This document shows, piece by piece, positions 51,009 through 62,438 of a DNA stretch of 64,000 bases; the stretch's first letter is position 1; each line of letters begins with the position of its first letter. Made by a program: the position numbers and the translations under genes. The notes beneath the pieces were generated by a model. It worked only from the letters and a program-made list of their open reading frames with translations. It did no database searches and was not told where the DNA came from. The DNA comes from Lepidodermella squamata (taxonomy: Eukaryota > Animalia > Gastrotricha). Location: contig JBLDXI010000030.1 of the NCBI GenBank assembly GCA_047495785.1, positions 248,001-312,000 of the forward strand, given 5' to 3'.

Positions 51009-51661
51009 TGACGGGGAACTCCGTGACTTTGTCAAGCGCATGTGACATTGCACATGCATAACCTACATACAACGTTTTCGTGCACCTCCTTGACTTGCTG
51101 CTCAGCTGCATTGCGCATAGCCATGTAACGTGTTACACACGCGCGACGACGGCGTAATTGCCGGATGCATTTGATCCGCCATTGGAGAGTCATTCGGTAA
51201 CCGCCACCTACACCGCTTGGCATTAGGGTTCATATCACGCAGCTTATCAAGTTACGTAGCAGCGCGTGCTATTATTCGAGATGGGCTTGCAAGTCAATGC
51301 GTCGTTGCTCAGAAGGGCTTCAATTCAAGATGAGCTACAAACCACGAATGCGCTAGTATTTGAACATTTACGTGTTAGTCACATTTTCTTATTCGGTAAA
51401 AATAGAGCGCATGCGTAGCGTAAAGGTTTTTATAAAAGAACGTTAGCGGGTCAGGGAATGTGCTACTACCGGTAGTCGCAGGCCAACAGATGCTTTTTGA
51501 CGACCGGCGGAACGACAGAACTGACAAGACTCGCGACAACTCTCATTTTTTATCGATACTTACTAATCCTCACACACACGAAAGTTTTTTAAGCTTACAG
51601 CACATCCTCCTTGACGACTGACAGACGGAACACGACCTACGACAACGGGAGTTCCACGTCA
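51009..51661. mobile_element. Possible solo LTR or TIR element (TG...CA termini)
   Basis: TGACGGGGAACTCC at the start and GGAGTTCCACGTCA at the end are inverted; TATAAAA at about 51431; no TSD found; absent from copy A. Confidence 0.35.
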
Positions 51662-52599
51662 TTAATCCTCATCATTTCATGTAAATTCATTCATTGCTAC
51701 TACGCGTTCTCGCGACTTTGTTGCTCAGCTTTGTTTGGTCTCGGTGAGCATTGCGTTTAGAATGATATGAAAGTAGCAGGACCTCAAAGTTGAGCTTAGA
51801 ACAACTTGAGAGTATATAACTGTATTCCGAAAAGAAGCCAGTTCTCTGAAGGAAGCACTTCATCGTCTCCCAAGCTCGCAAATTTGTTCAATCAGGATGG
51901 GAATCTATTATAATCTATCCAGGAAAACGGATGCAAGGATATCTTGCGTGAATTTTTAAGTATCTGGCAGCTTGGCGCTGGGCCTAACAGGAATGGGTTT
52001 ATAGTCAACTACCCCTTGCAGTTCCCCTTGTGGGTCATCTTGAAGGGGAACATTTTATCGCCCCTCCCCAAGCTTGCAATATAAATTCGGCCAATAAACA
52101 CATTCCATTTCCGAGCGACACTATCTGCAGGGTCGCTATGGTCTATCTTAATAAAATATTGCTTTACCTCTCATTTTCTGGGTCATGACCCGATTATAGC
52201 GGCGACGGCGCAAACCTTAATTACCCTCAATAAAAATCTCCTGGCCCGCAAATAATAACTTCACCCTCAAACTAAGCTGAAACGAGTAACGAGACATGAA
52301 AATGAAATAATATAAATATTGTGCATGTTGCGTTGAAAAAAACACTGGTTACTGGCTACAACGGTGCCAATTCGGCCTTCTTCGGCGTCGTTGGAAGGTA
52401 GCTGAATTTTTCAATTTTTTTTAAATTTTCATTCCAACGCTTAATGAATTAATTTTAATCGTGGCGATTCGCAATTGGTAAATGTTAAAAATCATTAATT
52501 ACAAATTGGTGAATTTTTCCGATGGTTTATATGAATATTCGAAGTTTTTTGAAAAATATTATCAATTGAAAAAAACAATTCTGGCTGTGGTAAGTAAAA

Positions 52600-54967
52600 T
52601 CTTTCACAGAATTTCCTACTGCGTCCTACTGCGAAATTTCGAAATTTTCAAGTTTTAAGATGGACTCAGCCTGAATTTTTTCGACTTTTTGTCCGCAATA
52701 ACTCCGCAATTGTGATAGCTAGAAACTCGTGCTTAGTCTCATTCGATTCCTGGTAAAATTCTGAGCATAGGGACCGCGTAATTTTTTGCACTCAAAGAGC
52801 GGGAGGCAGTTAAAAATTGCGGGTAAAATGAAAAAAGTAAGAGCAGTGCGCAGCTGGTTTTACCGCACGGTGAATAACGCCCAAGGTACGAGAGCTACAA
52901 CAACGAGTCTGGTCTCAAAATGACCAGCCGACCCCGCTCTTAGCGTTAAAATCATCATGAAATCAGCGCAAATCCACTAAAAACTGAAATGAGAGCGCAA
53001 ACTTGGTCAACAAGATTTATAAAATTTTACATCGACAAGATGTATGGCGCCAAATGGGCGCGTCCTGGGAAAATAGGGCCAATGCCATTCAATAGAGCGC
53101 CTCGAGTTACCTACTTGAATAAATATTTCTCACTGCAGTCGCAGTTAGATATTATCCGGAATTAACAAATGGAAATTTCAAAAATTTATTCGTTTGTTTT
53201 TTATCTCAGTTTTTACCGCGTGGATTATTCGCAAAAAACGGTAGGAGCTATAAGCTTGGGGTTTCGACCGTTAGATAGCCCGTGAAATTCTGCACAAGGA
53301 TCGGTGGTTTTATTTTCAGAGGACGCTTCCAGATTGCCTCGAGAATAATTACAAAACGTGCGAAATTTCGAAAATTTCAAGGTTTAAGGTGGATGTTTCC
53401 CGATATTTTTCGACTTTTTGCACCCCCAAAAACGCTTGATCCGTGATGGCTAGCAAGTCGTGCTTAGTCTCATTCGATTCCTGGCAATTTTCTGCACATG
53501 CAAAACGCGGAATAATTTGCACACAAAAACCGGAAGGCGGTTAAAACTTCAAGTGAGAATCGAAAAATGCGCATGTGTGACCGCTTTTCGGAATTCGACC
53601 GCGGCTCGCATAACTGAAAAACGGTGATGGCTACGACAACGGGCTTAGGCTCGTTCGATTCGTCTGGAAATTCTACGTCGGCCTGTATTATTTCAATGTG
53701 CGCACAGAACAAAATATGATCCGGTATTGTAGAAGCGAAATTTCAAAATTTACCGAGTGTGTTTTTTATCTCACATTTTACCGCGCGGCTTACTGGCTGA
53801 AGACGGTGAGAGTTATTAACATGCGGTTTTTACCGTTCGAAAGCCCGTCAAATTCTGTATTAGAAATGGTTATTTTATCACGCCGAGAGTCTTCCAAATC
53901 GTCGTTAAAAAATTCACAAAAACATCAAAATTCCGAAATTTTAAGGTGGATCGACCGCGCCTCTTTCACCTAAATAACTATGAGGGCTACGACAACTGGC
54001 TTAAGCTCGTTCGATTCGTCTCAAAATTCTACATCGGACAGTGTAATTGGTATATGCGCACAAAACGGGTAAAAGCGTTTTAAATTTGACAGAAATCGTC
54101 TCCGAGTGAGTGTGTGAGCGCCGTTAGCGCGATAAAAATACGCTGAAAAACGCGTTTTGCCGCGCCTCTTATATTTCAACAACCATGAGGGCTGTGATGA
54201 CCTGGCTGGTCTCTAAAAATTCAGCGGAAAGTTTGCTACATTTTATGTGTATTCACATGTGAACGCTATCAGGGTAAGGTGTCAAAATATTTGACGAAAG
54301 TCAGTAAAATTGAATTTTCCATTTTCACTAAAAATCAATCCCGCGCTAAACGTCATAGTCAAAGGAAAATTAGCGAATCTCGCGGCGGTTTTAGCACCAA
54401 AAAATCCGTCGTGTTTCAGAGTAGCTAGAAATCAACTTTGAACACGACAAATTCCGCACCTGAAAGGGTGTTGCCCGCGTGTCGAAAAATTCGCACCTCG
54501 TTTTTGAGGGTCTAATTTCGCGAAATTTCAACGTTTGAAAATTCGTAAAAAATTAACCGTTTATCCGATAATCACCGGGTTTGGACTGTTTGATAGACAA
54601 TTTTTCGACGAATTTTTTGATGTGCCCCTCCCCCCGGGGAGGGGCCCCAATGAGGTCAAAATATTAATTTCAAATTAAAATTTTGCGCTCACGCGTAATA
54701 AAGCCGTGACCTAGGTCATGAGTACGCCGGCGGCGGTGACCCAGCCGAAGTAGGTCAGGGCTCATGAATATTCATAAAATCTCATTTGCATATATGAATA
54801 AAAAATCGCCAAAAATCAGCCGTTCGATGGATTTGTCCAGAAAATCTTTGTTCCGGGTTATTTGAGAAGCGCTATCCGCTGGTATTTTTCCCGTATTTTT
54901 ACGATGAGCGGAAGGGGGGGCGCCCTCTAAAAGTCGGGGGTTGCGGTGCGTTTTTCCTCACTTTAGG
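52600..54967. repeat. Non-coding element with internal complex duplications; host of the Ginger insertion, resuming at 60539
   Basis: GCGAAATTTCGAAA..TTAAG(A/G)TGGA at 52631 and 53360; TCGTGCTTAGTCTCATTCGATTCCTGG at 52728 and 53458; GGCTACGACAAC..GCTCGTTCGATTCGTCT at 53629 and 53985. No convincing ORF; left boundary uncertain. Confidence 0.55.
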
Positions 54968-55559
54968 CCGGTGTAGTGTTGTAATAGGCCTCCCCGCACT
55001 TAAGTTCCCCCGGGGATAAGTTACTATGGGGGAACTGTTATAAAGCCACGCGATTTAACATATCCCCCTCGTATCCCCCTATTGTTACTGTGATGCTGCG
55101 CAAGTGCGCGCGCGAGTCACTTTCTACCTCTTTGTTATTATTGTTACGCGTCTAGGTGTCAAAAACATGCGGTATACACTCATCCGACTCATTGTTATTA
55201 TTCGCCAATTCACCAATGTCATAGCAAATTTTAAATTAAAAAATTGTTAAATTCACTTATTACCAGTCGAGTTAGCGCCTATTTACAGATATTTGAGAAA
55301 CGAGGACATACACATTAATTGCTGACAATTATTTTCGCGAGCGCCATCATCGACTTATTTATTATAAGATAGTCCTTATTGTAGGAAAGAGAGCGGATAA
55401 TGATATTCAGCGATTATTTTCCAGATTTACATCAATTCAAAAAATGGGACAAACGAAGTAGGACATAAAATTGGCCAAAAAGAACGAATTAAATTATAGG
55501 TGCGCCATTATCAGTTTGGTAAATATAGAAATCGCGACGAGATTTAATATAAAACTAGG

Positions 55560-57260
55560 CTAAATAGGAAGGTGAAATAAACGTGATTTCCGAGCTTTGG
55601 TAAGTTTAGTGGACGGAAAGCGCAAGAGCTGCTGCTGTTCAAGGCAGTGAACGGCCCATGGACGCAGTTGTTCGATGTCGTAGTCGACGGTGGCCGGATC
55701 CCCGCCATTAAGAATTTCGGCCAGGTTGGCAACCAAGTGGAAGCCGCAATCGCTGCCATTTTGTTGTTGCGGACAGGCGACGAACTCGATAGTGAGGCGA
55801 CTTTTCGCGTCGCTCCAATAAGCGGAGTATCGGTCCACAAGGGCGGCGCGATAAGAATTGCTTAGCCTGTTGCCCTTCGGCGTCAAGCTGTCGTAGACCC
55901 GGATGACCTTCTTGCCGTCATTCTTGTTGTTCTTGTCGTTGTCGAAACTGTGGATGGTCGAAGACAGTATCCAGTGATCGCCGATATGATGGGGATGGAT
56001 GGTGGCGAACCTGGTGGCCGTGTGTACAGGTTCGGCCAAATAGCGGTTGACTTCTGCTGCAGCTGGCTGGTTCGGCATGATTTCGGCAAATTCTGATTCA
56101 TCGGCCTGCAGGGGCATGAAGTCACGTCCATAGATTTTTACGACAGCCGTGACGACATCATCAGGCATCCAGGTACCTGATATTCAAAACATTTTTAACA
56201 AATTAATCACATAACTCTTCAATTTACCTTCTTTCAGCATGTCTCTTCGCAAAAAGTCCCAGTTTTTGATTGATATTTGCTCCAAGTGCTGCGGAACGGG
56301 TAATTGAGGCGCATCGCACAGGCGGGCTTGCTTTGGCGAATCGATGCCAAGATCGTCCGGAGATAACAGACGCTTTTTTGAGCTGGCGGTTGTAGGCCGA
56401 AGTTGAGCAAATGTTTGAGGCGAATCCTCGTTCGGCGGCGAAATTCGCGATATTCTGCGATCGCCGAAATTAGCCAGGAAGTCGTAGATCCCGGTGATGG
56501 GAGAGGAGCAGTAATGGTCGTAATTCAGGGTGGTATTGCCGTTAACCGTTGCGGATGCTGATTGCCGCTCATCTTCCCAGGGTCGAAAAGTTTTAAATGC
56601 ACTTTTTTCGGGCGTCTTCAGGTCAATGCTGGCCTGATTCGTTACCGCTCGTGGCTCGATTTCGGGTACATCGCTCGAATTTAGCGGTGAATCAGCGAAA
56701 AGGCCCGGTGACGGCTGCCTTGCTGCTGGTGCGAGACAATGTTTCGGGGCGGTTGCGAGGCGGTTGATAATTGGCGGTGAATTGAACAAGCCCATCGGCG
56801 GAGGTCTGCTGCTAACAGCAGCCGCGCGATTCTTCAGCGCAGTGGACAGGCTGGGCGGACTTGCTAGTGTTGACGTAGTAGCGATGAACACGGGTGATTC
56901 GGCGACTGGCGTTGTAGGCGATGCTGACGATTCGAGAGTAAGGCCGTTTTTCAACCGGGATTTTAAGGCGATCGATTTAACAGCTTGCTTCTTCATCGGT
57001 TTTTGTCGCGGCTTCCTCGGCTTCGAGGATTTTTTCGAGGATTTCGCAGGCGCTGTTGTCGCAGGCGGTTGAGGCGACTCCACGTCTAAGCCGAGGCTTC
57101 GCTTTTCCTCAGCTTCGCATTCCAGTAGACGAGCAACGAGCTTGCTGCTTTGTCCTAAAAAAAATTAGGCAAATTTGAAATGGATGGAAAGACATTTTTT
57201 TAATTATTCCTTAATTTTATCAAATTTATTCGTAAAGAGTGGTTTTTTTGCCCACTGCTA

Positions 57261-57293
<33 letters not shown>

Positions 57294-60088
57294 ATTTCTA
57301 AAAAAATGACCATCCCAACCTAGAGTGAATCTAAGAAATATAGGTCTAATTAATTTTAAAATTAACAATTTACCTTTGGCAACGTAAGGTTTCAGTTGAA
57401 GAACAGGAGGCTTGTAGCTCAGCGTCGTCTTACTTTCCATGTTTACGGGGTCAACTCGCGCCAGCACCGCATTTCGGCCGTCATTGACTAGATTAACGAT
57501 TCGATACGGTCCGATAAATCGCATCGTTCGAACCTTGCCACCTTTTCGATCGGCCCGCCTCATGTTGGCCAACATGACCAATTGATGGACTTTAAAGGGT
57601 TTGCCGGTGTTGTGGCGACGATTGTAGTCCCGTTGCTGCTTAGCCTGAGCTCGAGCAGTATTCTTAGCCGCTTTAGCTCTTATTTTAGTTTGGACGGTAA
57701 CTTCTTGCCGCATTGTTGTGATAATATCATCGAAGTCGAACTCCTTATTCATAGCCTTCTCAATCTCTTCCTCGTCGCTGCTTAGATCGCCATCTCGGCC
57801 GTTGTTGTTGCCGCTGTCGCCGTTGGGATTCGAGTCTGGCAATTCAGTCGGGTCCAGAGGTGGTCCCAGCGCACCCATCTTCACGTCGATCGGCGTTAGC
57901 ATTTTGTAGCTATATATGAGATCGGCGGGCCTTACGCCAGTTGTCCGATGTTTTGAAGTGCGGATCGAAAATAGGGCGCTGGTGACGTAGCGTGGCCACT
58001 CGTCGAAATCGACAACGCGAAGGCACTTCAGCAGAATGGACTTTAAGGTTCGGTTGAACCTTTCAACCAGCCCATTTGCCTAAAATAGAAAAAAAAATTA
58101 AAAAAATGAGTCTATTTATTAAAATTTTTTATTTTTGTAGACAAGTAACAATTAGGATTCGGCAAATTATCTAGATGTCAGCAAATCACAAAAAGGTTCA
58201 AACTGCTTGATTTCACGAATTTTATTTATTATTAAGTTCGATTCCCCCGTCGACGTCCCGTTAAGTTCGACGTCCCAAAAATGCAGGTATAAGAGCTTAA
58301 GTTTACAACCATTATTTTGATGACTCTCAACCTCTATTTGACCGTTATTAGGAATCGACTTAACTTAGTGTTATATATTAAGAAAAATAATAAGACAAGC
58401 GCCTCACCTGCGGATGGTAGGATGAAGTGACTCGCTGCTCGACACCGGTCCGCTCGAACAGAATCTGAACAACGGCGTTGATGAACTCCCTGCCTTGATC
58501 GTTAATCTGCACTCGATAGCAACCGTATTGACGCATGAACTCCAGCAGGGCTTCGGCGACTGATAGCGCCGATTTATCCTTGATCGGATAAGCGTGCGGC
58601 CATTTGCTGTTGTAGTCGCCAACGGACACGAAGCCGATGAAGCCATCCTCGGTCGATTTAGGCATGATGGCAATGTCTGCTCCCACCATAACCATAGGCC
58701 GGTCAGGCACTTCGATCGATTTCATTTCGGGCCTGTCCTTCGGACCAGGGTTGGTCTTTTGGCACTTGTCGCACTCCTTGACGAAGGCGCCAACATCGCC
58801 CCACAGTTCGTGCCAATAAACGCTGGCTGCGAGTTTTTCACTAGTCAGCTGTGCACCTCGGTGACCAGCGAGCGTTACGGCGTGACTATCGGCACCATCA
58901 TCTCCTCCTTAAATATTTGAAAAATTTAAAAAAAAATTTAAAAAATAGAAAATTATGCATATTTAGGTACCCTTACCCTTATAGAACCTTATAGAACCCT
59001 TACCCTTATAGAACGGAAACTTGAGAAATACTAAATTTTACTTAATATTCAAAACGCACATCAAATTAAAAAATCTTTTTACGGCTCAATTATTAGCATG
59101 TCAATTCCCTAGTTCTAACCTTCTAACGTAGCTTACAAACCTTGGTGAACGAGCTTGATCAAATCGAGTTTTTCGTGGTCGCCTTCAATGCAGCGGCACC
59201 ATTCTTCGCCGTCGCTTTGCGAAGTACCGCGCCTCCTATGGTACAAGTGACCATCTGCCTTGACGCAGTAGTAGGCTGTTGCCGACTTTCTCAACGATCT
59301 TTTCCGGTCTAAAATCATAAAAATACAACAAAAATTAAAAATAACCACATCGCTTATACGTGCAAAATCAATTCCTAACTGAAATCCTAAATCGAATCCT
59401 ATATCCTATTTCAAATAATAACCCCTAGAATAACAGTGCCAAAAACCCACCTGGGTTTTTCTCTTCTCTTGGTCAATAACAACCCGCCTCGAATAATAGC
59501 GGCTAAAAAAAAGCAGGGCGAAACCAGGAGAATCGAGAATCACGTTGACTGGGGGATACTGAATCGATACTGAATCGAAATTTTGCCTTTTCAAGGCTGC
59601 TCATACCAACTTATCGGTTTGATTAAAGTGATGATACGACGTTTTCGTGTTAATAATTGCCTCCCTAAAATTTACCGGAATTCGCCTCCTTCAATGATTG
59701 CTCAATTTTTTTCACTATTTTTCAATTTTCGAACTCGGAAAAAATACTAATATTCGATTAAATACGAAAACAGTTACTAATTCTACACGTAATTCTACAC
59801 AATATTAAATTAAAAACGCCTACCTTTACGTTTTTGAGCTTCAGGTATTGCCAAAATCCAAGCAGGATAACGCCCTTCGGACAGAAACATCTTCAGATCG
59901 GCGAACGACCAATGCTCGCCCTTCTTCTTGTCTTCCATCTTGTCACCATCATCGCCACTGCCCTCGCTCTTCGACGGTTTCTTACCACGTTTACCACGTT
60001 TCTTACAACGTTTAGACGCGGAGGTAGGCTCGGGCGAGACTTGATCGAGCGGCTCAACATCGCTCGACGACGAAATTGAGACAGACAT
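55560..60088 (-). CDS. Ginger1 transposase: HHCC zinc finger, DDE integrase core, GPY motif, C-terminal Ulp1/C48 cysteine protease
   Basis: Six exons join in frame via GT-AG introns: H..AGHRG..CDKCQK; VGADIA, INDQGREF, YHPQ|ANGLVERFN; FIGPYRI; Ulp1 motifs WMPDDVV, HWIL, VYDSL, QQQNGSDCG. Confidence 0.85.
57254..57293. repeat. (CTA)n microsatellite within a transposase intron
   Basis: CTGCTACTACCACTACTACTACTACTACTACTACTACTA. Confidence 0.9.
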
Positions 60089-60893
60089 AGCAGTTGTAGG
60101 GTGTTGTTTTAAGATTAATCGTGAAATTACAACGTCAAAAGTGGCGAGAAGAATAAACGCGGGATCCACCGCACCCGAGACAAGCGCGGGATCCACCGCG
60201 CACGAGACAAGCGCGACTTAGTTGTCACGCAAAGGTAACGCTTTGATCATTAGCGCGCGCCTACCGCCGCCTTCGACTCTCAACGCGACAAGTCGTGCGG
60301 CGCTTATCAAGTGACACCGTCAAAATTACGCGCGCATTCACCCATTTATTTGTTCATTGTTTTTCGTACAAACGTGTCAACTTTTACACCTGCATCATTC
60401 ACCTGAATGTAGGGGGATAGATCGTTCTGGGGGGAAGGGCCTTATCGGCTGGGTAGGCCATTAACACCTGTGGCTACTGTATGTTTGTTCGTAGAGGGGA
60501 ACAGTTACTGAGGGGGGCCGATTAATACGCTACACCGGCGAGCGGCCGGAGGCGCGAGCCAAAGGCCTAAGCCGCGGCTGCCGCCGCAGGACCGTTACCG
60601 GTTCGCGCAATCATCAAGTCTGGTAGTAAATGTCTCTTGACCTTTGGATTTGGATGAGACAATATAGCCGCCGCACGCTGTAATCAAAGTGTAAACATAC
60701 CGACTTTTTTCAAAGCCACTAACGACACGCAAGTCTGCAGCACGTTCCACTGCTTCTTTTACCGTTCTGCATATTTGCTGTGATATGCAGGTTTTAACGA
60801 GAAGCTAACATATCGTTATACGATAGGTATATAAGTTAGACCTCAGAAACATAAATTACAACCCAATCCATGTAACTTCGTTCCTGATTTGAG

Positions 60894-62438
60894 ATGATAA
60901 AGAATTCTGCGACAGTGTTGCTCTGCTGTCTATGCTTGATATTACTTGGCAATATACAAAATGGTGTGAGCGCCAAGGGCGGAAGTGCTGTAACGGCTGC
61001 GAAAGCAACTACTCCACGAAGCCTTCAAGTCACCGCCACCATATCGCCTAGTACAACAACTAATACAAAGACTACTGGGAAAGCTACGAATACTACAACG
61101 CCTGCGACCACTACAACTATAAGTCCAGGGAAGACCAATGCTACTACGACTTCTACGACTAAAACTACTAGTAAGCCTTTGGCCACAATCAGTGCAGTTT
61201 CAAGGGAGAAAATTATTGCTACTACGACTTCTTCGAAACCTACGGCTAAGACAACGACTACGAACACAGCCACTGCAGTTCCAACTAGTTCTACAACTGC
61301 ACCAGCCATCACTACGATAACTACATCTGGATCCTTCACCAGCTATGAAAATACAATACATTCATCAATATCGACGGGATCTTTTGAGTCAACAGTTATT
61401 AATGCTTCACCTTCAACGACACTTGAATCCTTTACCACCCAAGAAACTACCGATTCTGTATCGATTTCATCGACATTGGAATCTGGTAATCAGTTTTCAA
61501 CAACTTTCGATTCAGCAACTACTGATCTCTCAGCTCAAACCGAATCATCCACCGTAAGTGAATCTGATTCGACTACTGACATTTCGACTGGATCGCGGAC
61601 ATCGGAATCAACAGCTGACGATGCCACCACAGCGACAACAGAGCAAACTACATCAGAATCGATTATTACAAGTGAGAGTACTGAGTATTCGCTTCTCTCA
61701 AACGGCTCATCAACATCGGTTCAATCGACAGACGGAACATCTACAGCTGAAGCAATCAGCTCATCGACAGCGGCCACAACTCCAGGTGAATCGAATTTGA
61801 CCACCTCAGCCGAGGATTTGACTCTGTCATTAACGAAGCAAGCCAGCATTGCAGCTGCGCCTGTTTTACAGGTCAGTATGAATTTGAAGATTGAGGGCGA
61901 CAATGTCACCATACCCTCAAGTGGAGTGAAGGTGGTTACAGACCCATGGGATGCCGACCTAAGCAAGTCGAGTTCGCCTGTTTTTGTGGCTTTGGCTGAA
62001 TTTATGCTACCAGCGGTATGGCAACTGGCGAATGAAACTGCTGCGATGATGGGTAACGCCCAGATCGAGTCCGTCAAAATCACTGGCTTTAGGAAGGGGA
62101 GCCTCATCTCTGACTATATTGTTGCACTAAGAAGTTTGACGCAACTGACGGAAAACGAGATTGCCAGCAAAGTGGCCGCTGCCGCTGCGAAGATCAAAGA
62201 CACGGCTGTCGGTAAACTAGCGAATGGGCTTGACATTTCTAGACTGGGTCAAATATCCGTGCAGAAGGTTGCTGGACCTGTTAAAACGATTGCATCTGTG
62301 ACTCTCAAGCCTGCTGTAATGTCCCCAGCGAAAGCCGGGTCAATTTCTATCATGAAATATCCTCTATCTATTCCGATCTCTGCTTTGATTATTGGACAAA
62401 TTATCTGCTTTCAAATGCGAAGAAATGTCGCCAGCTAA
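60894..62438 (+). CDS. Single-exon mucin-SEA protein with GPI-type tail (514 aa), lacking the lectin cassette
   Basis: Signal peptide MIKNSATVLLCCLCLILL of the array-family type, about 300-aa S/T-rich stalk, SEA with ITGFRKGSLISDYIV highly similar to G2-G7, hydrophobic C-terminus. Confidence 0.9.
   Translation: MIKNSATVLLCCLCLILLGNIQNGVSAKGGSAVTAAKATTPRSLQVTATISPSTTTNTKTTGKATNTTTPATTTTISPGKTNATTTSTTKTTSKPLATISAVSREKIIATTTSSKPTAKTTTTNTATAVPTSSTTAPAITTITTSGSFTSYENTIHSSISTGSFESTVINASPSTTLESFTTQETTDSVSISSTLESGNQFSTTFDSATTDLSAQTESSTVSESDSTTDISTGSRTSESTADDATTATTEQTTSESIITSESTEYSLLSNGSSTSVQSTDGTSTAEAISSSTAATTPGESNLTTSAEDLTLSLTKQASIAAAPVLQVSMNLKIEGDNVTIPSSGVKVVTDPWDADLSKSSSPVFVALAEFMLPAVWQLANETAAMMGNAQIESVKITGFRKGSLISDYIVALRSLTQLTENEIASKVAAAAAKIKDTAVGKLANGLDISRLGQISVQKVAGPVKTIASVTLKPAVMSPAKAGSISIMKYPLSIPISALIIGQIICFQMRRNVAS

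Larger units (their letters stand above)
54972..60534 (-). mobile_element. Ginger1 DNA transposon (5.56 kb)
   Basis: TGT...ACA termini with imperfect ~45-bp TIRs (TGTAGTGTTGTAATAGGCCTCCCC / GGGGGGCCGATTAATACGCTACA); 4-bp TSD CCGG (54968-54971, 60535-60538); encodes an intron-containing Gypsy-type integrase without RT or gag. Confidence 0.9.
41350..62438. repeat. Tandem duplication unit [lectin-SEA gene + mucin-SEA gene]: copy A ~41350-45890, copy B ~46700-62440 expanded by insertions
   Basis: Shared upstream GCGCAATATGGAAAACTCTGGAAAATCTTACTCTCCA (about 41483 and 46973), shared 3' AACGCCAGAAACGGGGTGACTTCAGCCC (44338, 49989), and intergenic matches 44500/51707, 44890/51871, 44938/60615. Confidence 0.85.

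Noticed and set aside
57291-58905. Integrase as part of a Gypsy LTR retrotransposon or Polinton
   Set aside because: No gag, RT, RNase H, LTRs, polB or capsid; introns, TIRs and a CCGG TSD fit Ginger1.
30041-62107. Long antisense ORFs over mucin and SEA regions (e.g. 30041..30343, 43545..44210, 61025..61339, 61721..62107)
   Set aside because: Shadows of Thr/Ser/Ala-rich sense codons, not conserved in extent between paralogues.
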